Source of the DNA: Eubacteriales bacterium
GTDB lineage: Bacteria; Bacillota; Clostridia; Oscillospirales; CAG-272
NCBI GenBank assembly: GCA_045543555.1
Contig: JAZQMQ010000016.1
Location: 146,852-210,851 of the forward strand
Direction: 5' to 3'
Length of the DNA stretch: 64,000 nt
The position numbers and the translations under genes were made by a program. Position 1 is the first letter of the stretch. Each line of letters begins with the position of its first letter. Under the pieces are notes generated by a model, which saw only the letters and a list, made by a program, of their open reading frames with translations, did not search any database and had not been told where the DNA came from. This document shows, one piece after another, positions 35,671 to 43,826 of this stretch.

Positions 35671-36485
35671 TGGGGCTTAAAACAGGATTCAAGTTTAAAA
35701 AATTTGATATAGAGAACGTAGAGGATGCTGTTTTCGGCGTTAACTACGATGATAGCGGCTGGAGGGAGGTTAGAGTGCCCCACGATTGGGGTATTGAGGG
35801 CGATTTCTCTGCCGATAACGATCCATCTGAAAGCAGTATTATCGAGGACGGCATAAACAAGCCCATAACTCTTACCGGAAGAACGGGAGGACTTCCAATT
35901 CTCGGTGCGGGTGTGTACAGAAAATGGGTAAGGGTCGAAAAAAGCGACAGAGCGTTCCTTGAGTTTGACGGCGTTATGTGGTATAGCCGCATTTACGTTA
36001 ACGGTAGACTTGCTGGAAGCAACCATTTCGGATATAAGTCATTTTCAGTTGATATTACTGAATACGTTAATTTCGGTGAGGACAACCTTATCGCAGTATA
36101 TGCCGAGGTCAAGGCTGATTGCGGCAGATGGTACAGCGGCGGCGGTATCTTCCGAAACGTAAGGCTTGTAAATAAGCCCGAGAAGCATTTTCTGTATAAC
36201 GGAATATGGGCAAGACAGGTATATGCCGACAAAAAGCTCGCGATCATCGATATTTCCGCCGAGACTGTCAACACCGCAGGCTTCAAGGCAGAGGGCGGCG
36301 CATATGTCTTCGCTACCGATGCGGGTGACCAGAGAGAGACCGAGACCTTCCTCCGTCCCGACAAAAAGGCTATGTCGGGAATGCTCGTTGCGGTCATGCG
36401 TTCAACGGGCGAGAAGGGAAGAGTGACCGTTACGGCTTGTGCCGAAGGACTCAAAGAGGGAACGGTATCGTTTGAATGCAAGTGA
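35670..36485 (+). pseudogene. Glycoside hydrolase family 2 remnant: N-terminal sugar-binding domain joined to a C-terminal domain, catalytic barrel missing
   Basis: The N-terminal part (WREVRVPHDW...FLEFDGVMWYSRIYVNGRLAG...GYKSFSVDITEYV...RWYSGGGIFRNVRL) matches GH2. At 271 aa versus the usual ~800+, with the tail (...GRVTVTACAEGLKEGTVSFE) resembling the far C-terminus. Confidence 0.6.
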
Positions 36486-37825
36486 AATTGAAGCCTAACT
36501 CCATAATCCTGATGAGCTTTATCGGAGTTATACTGATAGGCGCATTGCTTCTGTCTCTGCCTGCAAGCTCATCGGACGGTAAGGGTATACCCTTTATCGA
36601 CGCACTGTTTACCGCAACGACCTCTGCCTGTGTGACGGGGCTTTCCACGGTATCCATAGCGGAGACCTTCAGCACCTTCGGGCATATCGTCATCCTTGTT
36701 CTGATACAGATAGGCGGTCTTGGAGTAATAACCGTAGTCGCCTCGGTTGCGGTGTTTCTGAATAAAAGGCTCGGTCTTTCAAGCAGACTGCTTCTACAGG
36801 ACGCATTTAACCTTACGAGCCTTTCGGGAATCGTTTCGTTTATCAAAAGAGTGCTTATAGGCACGTTCGTTATCGAGGGTATCGGAGCACTTTTGTATAT
36901 GATCTCCTTGGTGCCGAGGTTTGGCCTTGAGGGAATATGGTATTCGGTTTTCAATTCTGTGTCGGCATTCTGCAATGCGGGAATCGATATAATGGGAAAC
37001 GACAGCCTCGCTCCCTTCGTTTCCGACCCTGTGGTCAACCTTACCACCTGTTTTCTCATAGTCCTCGGAGGACTTGGATTTATCGTATGGTGGGACTTCA
37101 TCAGGGTTATAAAAAACAGAAAAAGCTCAAAGGCGGGGCTCTTCAGAAGCCTGACCCTTCACAGTAAGATAGCCATTACCTTGACGGCTATACTTATAGT
37201 CCTCGGAGCACTTGCGTTTTTCGTTTTCGAGTATGATAACCCATTGACGATGGGAAAGATGAACGCTTGGGAAAAGCTCCTTGCCTCATTGTTTCAGTCT
37301 GTAACCACAAGGACGGCAGGCTTTTACACGGTTTCGCAGAGCGCACTTACCTCGCCCTCCGTTACGGTGTCGCTGCTTCTTATGGTGGTCGGCGGCTCCC
37401 CCGTTGGAACTGCGGGAGGAATAAAGACCGTTACACTTGCGGTGCTTCTTATGACCACGTATTCGATGATCAAGAGCAGAGAGCAGGTCAATATGTTTGG
37501 CAGAGCCCTGCACAGGGAGGCAATAGCCAAGGCGGTGGCGGTGGCGGTATCCTTTATTATGGTGCTTTCTGCGGTTACCGTGGCACTCTCCTTCTTCTGC
37601 GATGCACCCTTTACCGATATAATTTACGAAACGGTAAGTGCTACCGCAACGGTCGGTCTGTCAAGAAGCTTAACTCCTACTCTTAACCTTTTCGGCAAGC
37701 TTGTCATTATTGCCGCAATGTATTTCGGAAGAATAGGGCCTATTTCCATAGCACTTCTTATGAAGGGCAAAAACGAAAATTCCAATATAATAAAAAATCC
37801 GACCGAGGATATAAGCGTCGGATAG
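36476..37825 (+). CDS. trkH: TrkH/KtrB-family potassium uptake membrane subunit
   Basis: 449 aa, multi-TM, with repeated selectivity-filter-like motifs TACVTGLS, FCNAGID, RTAGF and TVGLS. Confidence 0.9.
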   Translation: MQVKLKPNSIILMSFIGVILIGALLLSLPASSSDGKGIPFIDALFTATTSACVTGLSTVSIAETFSTFGHIVILVLIQIGGLGVITVVASVAVFLNKRLGLSSRLLLQDAFNLTSLSGIVSFIKRVLIGTFVIEGIGALLYMISLVPRFGLEGIWYSVFNSVSAFCNAGIDIMGNDSLAPFVSDPVVNLTTCFLIVLGGLGFIVWWDFIRVIKNRKSSKAGLFRSLTLHSKIAITLTAILIVLGALAFFVFEYDNPLTMGKMNAWEKLLASLFQSVTTRTAGFYTVSQSALTSPSVTVSLLLMVVGGSPVGTAGGIKTVTLAVLLMTTYSMIKSREQVNMFGRALHREAIAKAVAVAVSFIMVLSAVTVALSFFCDAPFTDIIYETVSATATVGLSRSLTPTLNLFGKLVIIAAMYFGRIGPISIALLMKGKNENSNIIKNPTEDISVG

Positions 37826-37834
37826 GAGGAACAT

Positions 37835-38488
37835 ATGAGTACAAAGAAGACTTATGCGGTATTCGGGCTCGGCAGATACGGTACGGCTGTGGCTGGCGAG
37901 CTTGTAAGAAGCGGTGCTGAGGTAATCGCGGTGGATATAAACGAGTCTGCCGTCAATACTGCAGCAACGCTCATTCCCGTGTGCAAGTGTGCCGACGTAA
38001 CCGACAAAGAGGTGATAAAGCAGCTTGGAATAAAGAGCGCTGACGTGGTGATCATTGCAATGGCGTCAAATCTTGAGGTCAGCGTAATGGCTACCGTCCT
38101 TTGTAAGGAGGTTGGTGTGCCTGAGGTTATCGTCAAGTGCGGAAGCGACACTCACAGAAAAATTCTACTCGCAGTCGGTGCGGATAAGGTGGTTTTCCCT
38201 GAAAACGAGTCGGGAATACGTCTTGCAAAAAACCTTCTTTCCTCGGGCTTCGTTGATGCCCTCGAGCTTTCGGACGACGTAGCTATCGTCGACCTCGGGG
38301 TTAAGGAGGAATGGGTCGGAAAGTCACTTGTGGAGCTTAATTTAAGAAAAAAGTACGATATTAACGTCGTTGCCATTTCCGAAAACGGTAAGGTTTCGGT
38401 CACGATCGACCCCTACAGAGCTCTTTGTGCAAGTGAAAGGCTTGTGGTTATCGCAAACACGGAAAAGCTTGCGAAGCTTACGAGGTGA
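37835..38488 (+). CDS. trkA: TrkA/KtrA potassium uptake regulatory subunit (RCK domain)
   Basis: Rossmann motif VFGLGRYGTAVAGEL and an RCK C-terminal domain. Adjacent to trkH. Confidence 0.9.
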   Translation: MSTKKTYAVFGLGRYGTAVAGELVRSGAEVIAVDINESAVNTAATLIPVCKCADVTDKEVIKQLGIKSADVVIIAMASNLEVSVMATVLCKEVGVPEVIVKCGSDTHRKILLAVGADKVVFPENESGIRLAKNLLSSGFVDALELSDDVAIVDLGVKEEWVGKSLVELNLRKKYDINVVAISENGKVSVTIDPYRALCASERLVVIANTEKLAKLTR

Positions 38489-38493
38489 AGGCT

Positions 38494-39024
38494 ATGAATT
38501 TCACCGAAATTGCCAAAAGAAGACAGTCCTGCCGTTCCTTTGACAAGGACAGAGACGTTGAGGACGAGAAGATAAACGCCATTATCGAAAGTGCCGTTAT
38601 CGCACCTTCGGCGTGTAATTCCCAGCCGTATATTATCACCGTTTGTACGGGAGAAAAGGCTCGCGAGGCAGCGCTTTGCTGCACAAGCATGGGGATGAAT
38701 AAATTTGCTCCCGACGCTCCAGTTGTTATCGTCATTTCCGAGGATTCCTATAATCCAACCGCTGCTCTTGGCGCAAGGGCGAAGGGTCTTGACTATCGCT
38801 CCATCGATATTGGTATCTTAGCCGCTTATATCACATCCGAAGCCACCGCGCAGGGTCTTGACAGTTGTATTCTCGGTTGGCTCGACGACGGCAAGTTAAG
38901 GTCGGTTGTCGGTATTGACAAGCCCGTAAGGCTGGTTATTACAATCGGATATGCCTCGGAAGGATATCCTATCAGAGACAAAAAACGAAAAAGTATATCA
39001 AATATTGTAAAGATAAAGAGTTAA
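38494..39024 (+). CDS. Nitroreductase-family protein
   Basis: MNFTEIAKRRQSCRSF...APSACNSQP. ATG 38494 follows GAGGTG. The track's GTG at 38485 lies inside the SD and the trkA stop. Confidence 0.85.
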   Translation: MNFTEIAKRRQSCRSFDKDRDVEDEKINAIIESAVIAPSACNSQPYIITVCTGEKAREAALCCTSMGMNKFAPDAPVVIVISEDSYNPTAALGARAKGLDYRSIDIGILAAYITSEATAQGLDSCILGWLDDGKLRSVVGIDKPVRLVITIGYASEGYPIRDKKRKSISNIVKIKS

Positions 39025-39149
39025 GCATCGGTATTAAAGATCAATCATTTATGAAACACTGCATCTGCCTTCGATAATTGTATGTGTTTGTAATTATCGA
39101 CGTGGACAGACTTGGCTTTTTGGAATTAAATCTACGGGAGAATGAAATA

Positions 39150-39596
39150 ATGACCGATTACAATGCGCTCATAAGAGATGCTATGGCAATAACCGACAAC
39201 TCACCGTCTGTTATTACAACTATGTCAAACCTTTCTGCACTTTTGAACGAAAGGCTTGATAATATAAATTGGGTAGGCTTCTATCTTTACGACGGAGGTA
39301 GGCTTATTCTCGGACCATTTCAAGGTAAAATAGCCTGTACCGTCATAGAAATGGGCAAGGGAGTGTGCGGAACGGCGGCACAAAGCGGAAAAACAGTAGT
39401 GGTTCCCGACGTTCACCTTTTTGAGGGTCATATTGCATGCGACAGTGCCTCAAATTCCGAGATAGTCGTACCGATTTTCAAAAACGGCGAGCTGTATGGC
39501 GTGCTCGATATCGATAGCCCCATAACCGAACGCTTTACTGAGGATGACAGAGTAAACCTTGAAGCGGTTGTGAGGGCTATTGAAGGGAAACTGTAA
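39150..39596 (+). CDS. msrC: GAF-domain protein (free methionine-(R)-sulfoxide reductase type)
   Basis: INWVGFYLYDGGRLILGPFQGKIACTVIEMGKGVCGTAA...HIACDSASNSEIVVPI...GVLDIDSP. SD is GGGAG. Confidence 0.85.
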   Translation: MTDYNALIRDAMAITDNSPSVITTMSNLSALLNERLDNINWVGFYLYDGGRLILGPFQGKIACTVIEMGKGVCGTAAQSGKTVVVPDVHLFEGHIACDSASNSEIVVPIFKNGELYGVLDIDSPITERFTEDDRVNLEAVVRAIEGKL

Positions 39597-39738
39597 AATG
39601 AAGTTGTTAATGAGCAAGGATTGTTATGTAAGTTTTGACGGCAAAGGGAGCATCCGTCTCGGTAACAGTAAAACACGATCAGAAGTGTTCATCCACGTGG
39701 CTTAATGTCGAATAACAAAATAAAAGCTTGTTTTTGCT

Positions 39739-39780
39739 AAGGCATTTGACCGTAGTTTCGGCGGTCAGATGCCTTTTTAT
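39739..39780 (+). terminator. Rho-independent terminator
   Basis: 14-bp stem AAGGCATTTGACCG / CGGTCAGATGCCTT followed by T5. Confidence 0.8.
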
Positions 39781-40008
39781 TTTTATTTGTAATTTTTTTG
39801 ATTTTCCTGTAACAAATCGGGCATCTGGGCAGTTATATATTATGAAGAACAAAAATGAGAGTTCACAATTTGTTTACAATATTTTTGTCCACCTTTTGGC
39901 TGCTACGGGATTATACGTTGTTGAAGAAAAAAGTAAATAAAGACAGCTTTGTGCGACATCAACAATTACCCCTCGAATTTTGTGAAAATCATACAATGGT
40001 CACAACTA

Positions 40009-40037
40009 TTGACATTTATGAGAATTTGTGCTATAAT
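40009..40037 (+). promoter_or_regulatory. Perfect consensus sigma-70 promoter with extended -10
   Basis: TTGACA (40009-40014), 17-bp spacer, TGC-TATAAT (40032-40037). Confidence 0.6.
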
Positions 40038-40081
40038 ATCGATAAGCTCAAATGAGCAAAATGCTGACGGAGGTGATAAAA

Positions 40082-40117
40082 ATGAACGACTGCATAGCCG
40101 TTCAGAATAATATTTAA
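40082..40117 (+). other. 11-codon leader mini-ORF (MNDCIAVQNNI) with a strong SD
   Basis: GGAGGTG, 6 nt, then ATG. A diverged duplicate of the SD-ATG block at 40124-40144 encodes only Met-Asp-stop. Confidence 0.3.
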
Positions 40118-40204
40118 TGAAATGAGGTGATACCAATGGACTGATTTTCTTCTTTATTTTACATTTTCAATAAAAAATTTAAAAACGAATGAGGAGGATG
40201 AATA

Positions 40205-41512
40205 ATGAATAAATATTTTAGATTCAGCGTCGTATTAATCGCAATTATTGCGGTTTTAGTATCTGTTTTCGGCTGCGCAGCTCAAAAAACAACGGGCGGT
40301 ACGACCGAAGCAACGACACCGGAGAATACGACTCCCGAGATTACGACCGAAGGAAAAACCGACCCACCGAGCAGCTCTCCGCTTTCAAACGAGGATAAAC
40401 AAAAATTCATAGATTATCGCAAGGAGAAAGCGGGTGCAGAGCTTACTGTCGATAAATTCGATAGTGTTTATAAGTATTACGGCGAATATAGCGGAAATCA
40501 CGTGTTTTTCACTACGATCGAAAAAAGCGGAGTTATGACGCTCCCGAACGACGTTTACACCATCTTCTCAATTGACGTAAACGATGTGCACTTTTTTCAT
40601 CCTCGCAGCTTCTCTATTATTGTTTATAACGGAAGCGAAGCTCCAAACATCAACGAAGCGTTTGAAAAAGGCTACGTAAGTGAATCCGACGTTCAAGCTC
40701 TTGCAGAGCTTCATAATTCGGAGGTGTCACCGTATTATCATAATTATTACGTTGAATTCGAAAAAGACCAAGCACCGGGTGAAATGTCCGAGGAAAAGCT
40801 TGCTGAGTTTAAAGCCGTGGCAGACAAGATCTATAGCGAAAACGGAAAGATCAACGTTGATCTCGTTCATTACGGTACTTACGGCGACAAAGCAGTATTC
40901 TTTATGACTCGCAATGCCAAGAATGACGTAAACGCCAAGCCCATAACTTATTATTTTGACTCATGCGGAGAGATAATTCAATATTATGATTATTTCCACC
41001 TTGTAGTTTACAAATACGGCGGCGGCTTCTTCAGTATGTCTCCAATGGCTATAAGCCAGCGTTCGTTGCTTACCGCGGATGAAATAGCCGATATTTGTGC
41101 TTATCACAACACAAGACTTCCCGACAGCTTAAAGCGTACGTACTTCGATATCCCCGATGATGCGGACCCCGACAGTATTTCCGAAGATACGCTTAATTCT
41201 ATGCTTGATGCATACAATAACCGTCCTTACGGCTTCGATTCCGATCCCGATCCCGTTTTCGACACGATCAAGCACTACGGAAGCTATGGCGGATATACCT
41301 TCTTAAGACTGTGTAATACAGAAGATAAAACCGCATCGTCCTTCCCGCTCAATAGCTCGATCAAGGTAGAAATGGACGTCAAATTCAGAATAGTCGTTTA
41401 TCATAACGGTCTGTTCCATTCCTCGCTCGATGCATTTGGCTTTTATGACTACATAACAGAAGATATTTTGCAGGATGTTGCAGATCATCATAATAACATA
41501 CTTGGGCGATAA
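40205..41512 (+). CDS. Lipoprotein with a T/P/E-rich linker and three internal ~115-aa repeats; function unknown
   Basis: Lipobox VFGC. Each repeat starts (K/H)YYG.Y(S/G)..VFF and ends ...A..HN. SD is GAGGAGG. Confidence 0.8.
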   Translation: MNKYFRFSVVLIAIIAVLVSVFGCAAQKTTGGTTEATTPENTTPEITTEGKTDPPSSSPLSNEDKQKFIDYRKEKAGAELTVDKFDSVYKYYGEYSGNHVFFTTIEKSGVMTLPNDVYTIFSIDVNDVHFFHPRSFSIIVYNGSEAPNINEAFEKGYVSESDVQALAELHNSEVSPYYHNYYVEFEKDQAPGEMSEEKLAEFKAVADKIYSENGKINVDLVHYGTYGDKAVFFMTRNAKNDVNAKPITYYFDSCGEIIQYYDYFHLVVYKYGGGFFSMSPMAISQRSLLTADEIADICAYHNTRLPDSLKRTYFDIPDDADPDSISEDTLNSMLDAYNNRPYGFDSDPDPVFDTIKHYGSYGGYTFLRLCNTEDKTASSFPLNSSIKVEMDVKFRIVVYHNGLFHSSLDAFGFYDYITEDILQDVADHHNNILGR

Positions 41513-41513
41513 T

Positions 41514-41548
41514 AAAAAATTCCAACAGATCATCTGTTGGAATTTTTT
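41514..41548. terminator. Bidirectional terminator
   Basis: A6-TTCCAACAGAT / ATCTGTTGGAA-T6, a perfect palindrome between convergent genes. Confidence 0.8.
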
Positions 41549-41549
41549 A

Positions 41550-41747
41550 TCATTTCTCCTTATAATAAAGCATACAGTGTCAATAGCCCTCAAAGTCGGG
41601 GTCTGCGATCTGAGCCTTGAACTCCTCACACATACACTTTATGTCCTCGCTTTTGCCTATTTTACAGGGACAATAGCCGCCTTTTGCTTTCAGACCTTCT
41701 TTTACGGTCTTAACGATCTCTTCGTTTTCGTTAAATCTTATTTTCAT
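41550..41747 (-). CDS. Ferredoxin:thioredoxin-reductase catalytic-subunit-like protein; conventional stop TGA at 41580-41582 falls on the first Cys of the CHC motif
   Basis: MKIRFNENEEIVKTVKEGLKAKGGYCPCKIGKSEDIKCMCEEFKAQIADPDFEGY-TGA-HCMLYYKEK-TGA-TAA. The CPC...CxC...(C)HC spacing matches the FTR-beta-like family as I recall it. The gene sits immediately downstream of trxA. Confidence 0.6.
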
Positions 41748-41748
41748 A

Positions 41749-42057
41749 TTAAAGCGCGTTAGAAACGAAGGCGCGGAGCGCATCTGCGTCCATATATCCC
41801 TTGGTGGTTGCTACCTTCTCGCCGCCCTTGATCACGAAAAGGGTGGGAATAACTGCAACGCCGTATCTCTGTGCAAGCTCGGGACATTCGTCAACGTCGA
41901 CCTTAACGAATTCTACGTCGTCAAATTCGGGGGAAACCTCCTCAAGCACGGGTGAAAGCATTTTACAGGGTCCGCACCATGTAGCGAAAAAATCAACAAG
42001 AATTGTCTTGTTTTCGGCAAGAAGTGCATCAAATTCAGCGGTGTTTACGTGTTTCAT
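41749..42057 (-). CDS. trxA: Thioredoxin
   Basis: 102 aa with the WCGPC active site. Confidence 0.93.
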   Translation of the reverse strand: MKHVNTAEFDALLAENKTILVDFFATWCGPCKMLSPVLEEVSPEFDDVEFVKVDVDECPELAQRYGVAVIPTLFVIKGGEKVATTKGYMDADALRAFVSNAL

Positions 42058-42105
42058 ATGTTATTCTCCTTTAAAAATTTAAAAACAGAAATTTTTTCAC
42101 AATCA

Positions 42106-42134
42106 TTGACATTGCAGTTTTATTATAGTACAAT
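42106..42134 (+). promoter_or_regulatory. Candidate promoter of rbsK
   Basis: TTGACA (42106-42111), 17-bp spacer, TACAAT (42129-42134). Confidence 0.5.
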
Positions 42135-42193
42135 TAATGGCGTAGTTTATGATTAAACTGCAAAGAAATAATGTCTAAAAGGAAAATTTTACA

Positions 42194-43066
42194 ATGAGAA
42201 TACTGAATTTTGGATCACTGAATATAGATTACGTTTATGCTGTAGATCATTTTGTTTCTGCAGGTGAAACTATTGCTTCCTATGGAATGGACAAGAATAC
42301 GGGAGGTAAGGGCCTTAATCAGTCGGTTGCTTTCGCTAAGGCAGGAGCGGAAATTTCTCATGCCGGATGTGTAGGAGAAGACGGGGCGTTTCTAACAGGA
42401 TATTTGAATAGAACCGGTGTAGATACCGATAACGTAAGTGTCGTCGATACTCCTACCGGCAACGCGATCATCCAGGTTGATAAAACGGGGCAGAACTGTA
42501 TTCTTCTTTTTGGCGGTGCAAACCGTGTAGTCAATGAAGCACAGATAGATGCAGTTCTTTCAAAATACAGTAAGGGAGATATGCTTATTCTTCAGAACGA
42601 AATATCCTGCGTCGATTATCTCATAAAGAGCGCTCATTCACTTGGAATAACGGTAGTTCTTAACCCCTCACCAATAACAGATGAGCTTTTAAGATATCCT
42701 CTCGATCAGGTTGATTGGTTTATCATGAATGAAATCGAGGGTAAGGCAATAACTGGTGAGGAAACCCCTGAGAATATTGCCGAAAAAATGAGAAAGCTCT
42801 ATCCCAACGCTAAAACAGTTCTTACCCTCGGTGCCGACGGCGCAGCATATATCGATAATGAAAGCTTTGTGATCGTCCCTGCAGGTAAGGGTAAGCCTGT
42901 TGATACCACAGCGGCGGGCGACACCTTCACCGGATATTTCTTTACGGGAATATCAAAGGGAAAAACTCCCTATGAATCATTGCTCTGGGCAACCAAAGCT
43001 TCCGATATTACGGTAACAAGAAAAGGTGCGGCGGAGTCTATCCCGTACGCAAGTGAAATAGAATAA
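42194..43066 (+). CDS. rbsK: Ribokinase (PfkB family)
   Basis: Motifs GSLNIDYV, GGKGLNQSVA and DTTAAGDTFTG. Confidence 0.88.
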   Translation: MRILNFGSLNIDYVYAVDHFVSAGETIASYGMDKNTGGKGLNQSVAFAKAGAEISHAGCVGEDGAFLTGYLNRTGVDTDNVSVVDTPTGNAIIQVDKTGQNCILLFGGANRVVNEAQIDAVLSKYSKGDMLILQNEISCVDYLIKSAHSLGITVVLNPSPITDELLRYPLDQVDWFIMNEIEGKAITGEETPENIAEKMRKLYPNAKTVLTLGADGAAYIDNESFVIVPAGKGKPVDTTAAGDTFTGYFFTGISKGKTPYESLLWATKASDITVTRKGAAESIPYASEIE

Positions 43067-43071
43067 TGTTG

Positions 43072-43109
43072 AACGCCGTTTGTTATACAGACGGCGTTAT
43101 CATTTTTTT
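43072..43109 (+). terminator. Terminator of rbsK; it overlaps the 3' end of the convergent tepA-like gene
   Basis: Stem AACGCCGT / ACGGCGTT, then ATCATTTTTTT. The tepA-like stop codon (43083-43085) lies in the loop. Confidence 0.7.
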
Positions 43110-43721
43110 GAGGTGTGAGATCGCTTCACTTATTGTTCCTATAGAATCGATAAGTCCAAGCTTTACCGCTTCCTCACCGCTCAGCACGGTTCCTATATCT
43201 GTTGCCATCTCATCCGTCTTTGACATAAGAGATCGCAGATCCTTTTCACTTACAGAGGAGTTGCGGCAAATAAATGAAACGATACGATCCTGCATTTTGT
43301 TGAGATTTTCAAAGCTTTGCGGCACACCGATAACAAGCCCGTTTACTCTGACCGGGTGAAGCGTCATGGTTGCAGACGGGACTATGAATGACTTTTTAGC
43401 AGCTACGGCAAGTGGGATTCCAATAGAGTGACCTCCCCCGAGGACGAGAGAAACGGTAGGTTTACTCATTCCCGAGATCATTTCAGCTATCGCAAGTCCT
43501 GCTTCAACGTCGCCGCCTACGGTATTGATGAGCAGAAGCAGACCGTCTATATCGTCTCTTTGCTCAATTTCGGCGAGTGCCGGAAGCATGTGCTCATATT
43601 TTGTGCCCTTCTGTCCTTCAGGCAACAAATAGTGCCCTTCGATCTGCCCGATTATGCTTAAAAAGTGTATTCTGCTCGCGGTAACTGCTCCGTCGCTATG
43701 GTTTCCGGTGGTATTTTCCAT
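43083..43721 (-). CDS. tepA: ClpP-fold protein, TepA (translocation-enhancing protein) type
   Basis: IIGQIEGH...INTVGGDVEAGLAIAEMI...GGGHSIG.PLAV...MTLHPVR, a Clp-protease-like fold signature. Confidence 0.8.
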   Translation of the reverse strand: MENTTGNHSDGAVTASRIHFLSIIGQIEGHYLLPEGQKGTKYEHMLPALAEIEQRDDIDGLLLLINTVGGDVEAGLAIAEMISGMSKPTVSLVLGGGHSIGIPLAVAAKKSFIVPSATMTLHPVRVNGLVIGVPQSFENLNKMQDRIVSFICRNSSVSEKDLRSLMSKTDEMATDIGTVLSGEEAVKLGLIDSIGTISEAISHLKKMITPSV

Positions 43722-43826
43722 TTTTTAATTCTCCTTTTTGATAAAAAAATAAAATTCTCTTTACTTTTTCCGCATTATATAGTATAATACCATTGTTAAA
43801 TAAATATTTAAGTGAGGAACATAAAA

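Noticed and set aside
41514-41548. The hairpin downstream of the FTR-like TGA as a SECIS element.
   Set aside because: It is an A6/T6-flanked perfect palindrome shared with the convergent gene, typical of a bidirectional terminator. Its loop lies about 50 nt from the UGA, outside the usual bacterial SECIS window.
16924-41582. Alternative genetic code (TGA, TAG or TAA reassigned) as an explanation for the in-frame stops at 17026, 33660, 33579, 41580 and 56761.
   Set aside because: All three stop codons also end clearly complete genes in this window, usually directly before terminators or overlapping the next start. Examples are TGA for LysR, nnrD and MATE, and TAA for rpmE and murD. The interrupted genes are accessory and often carry additional frameshifts or deletions.
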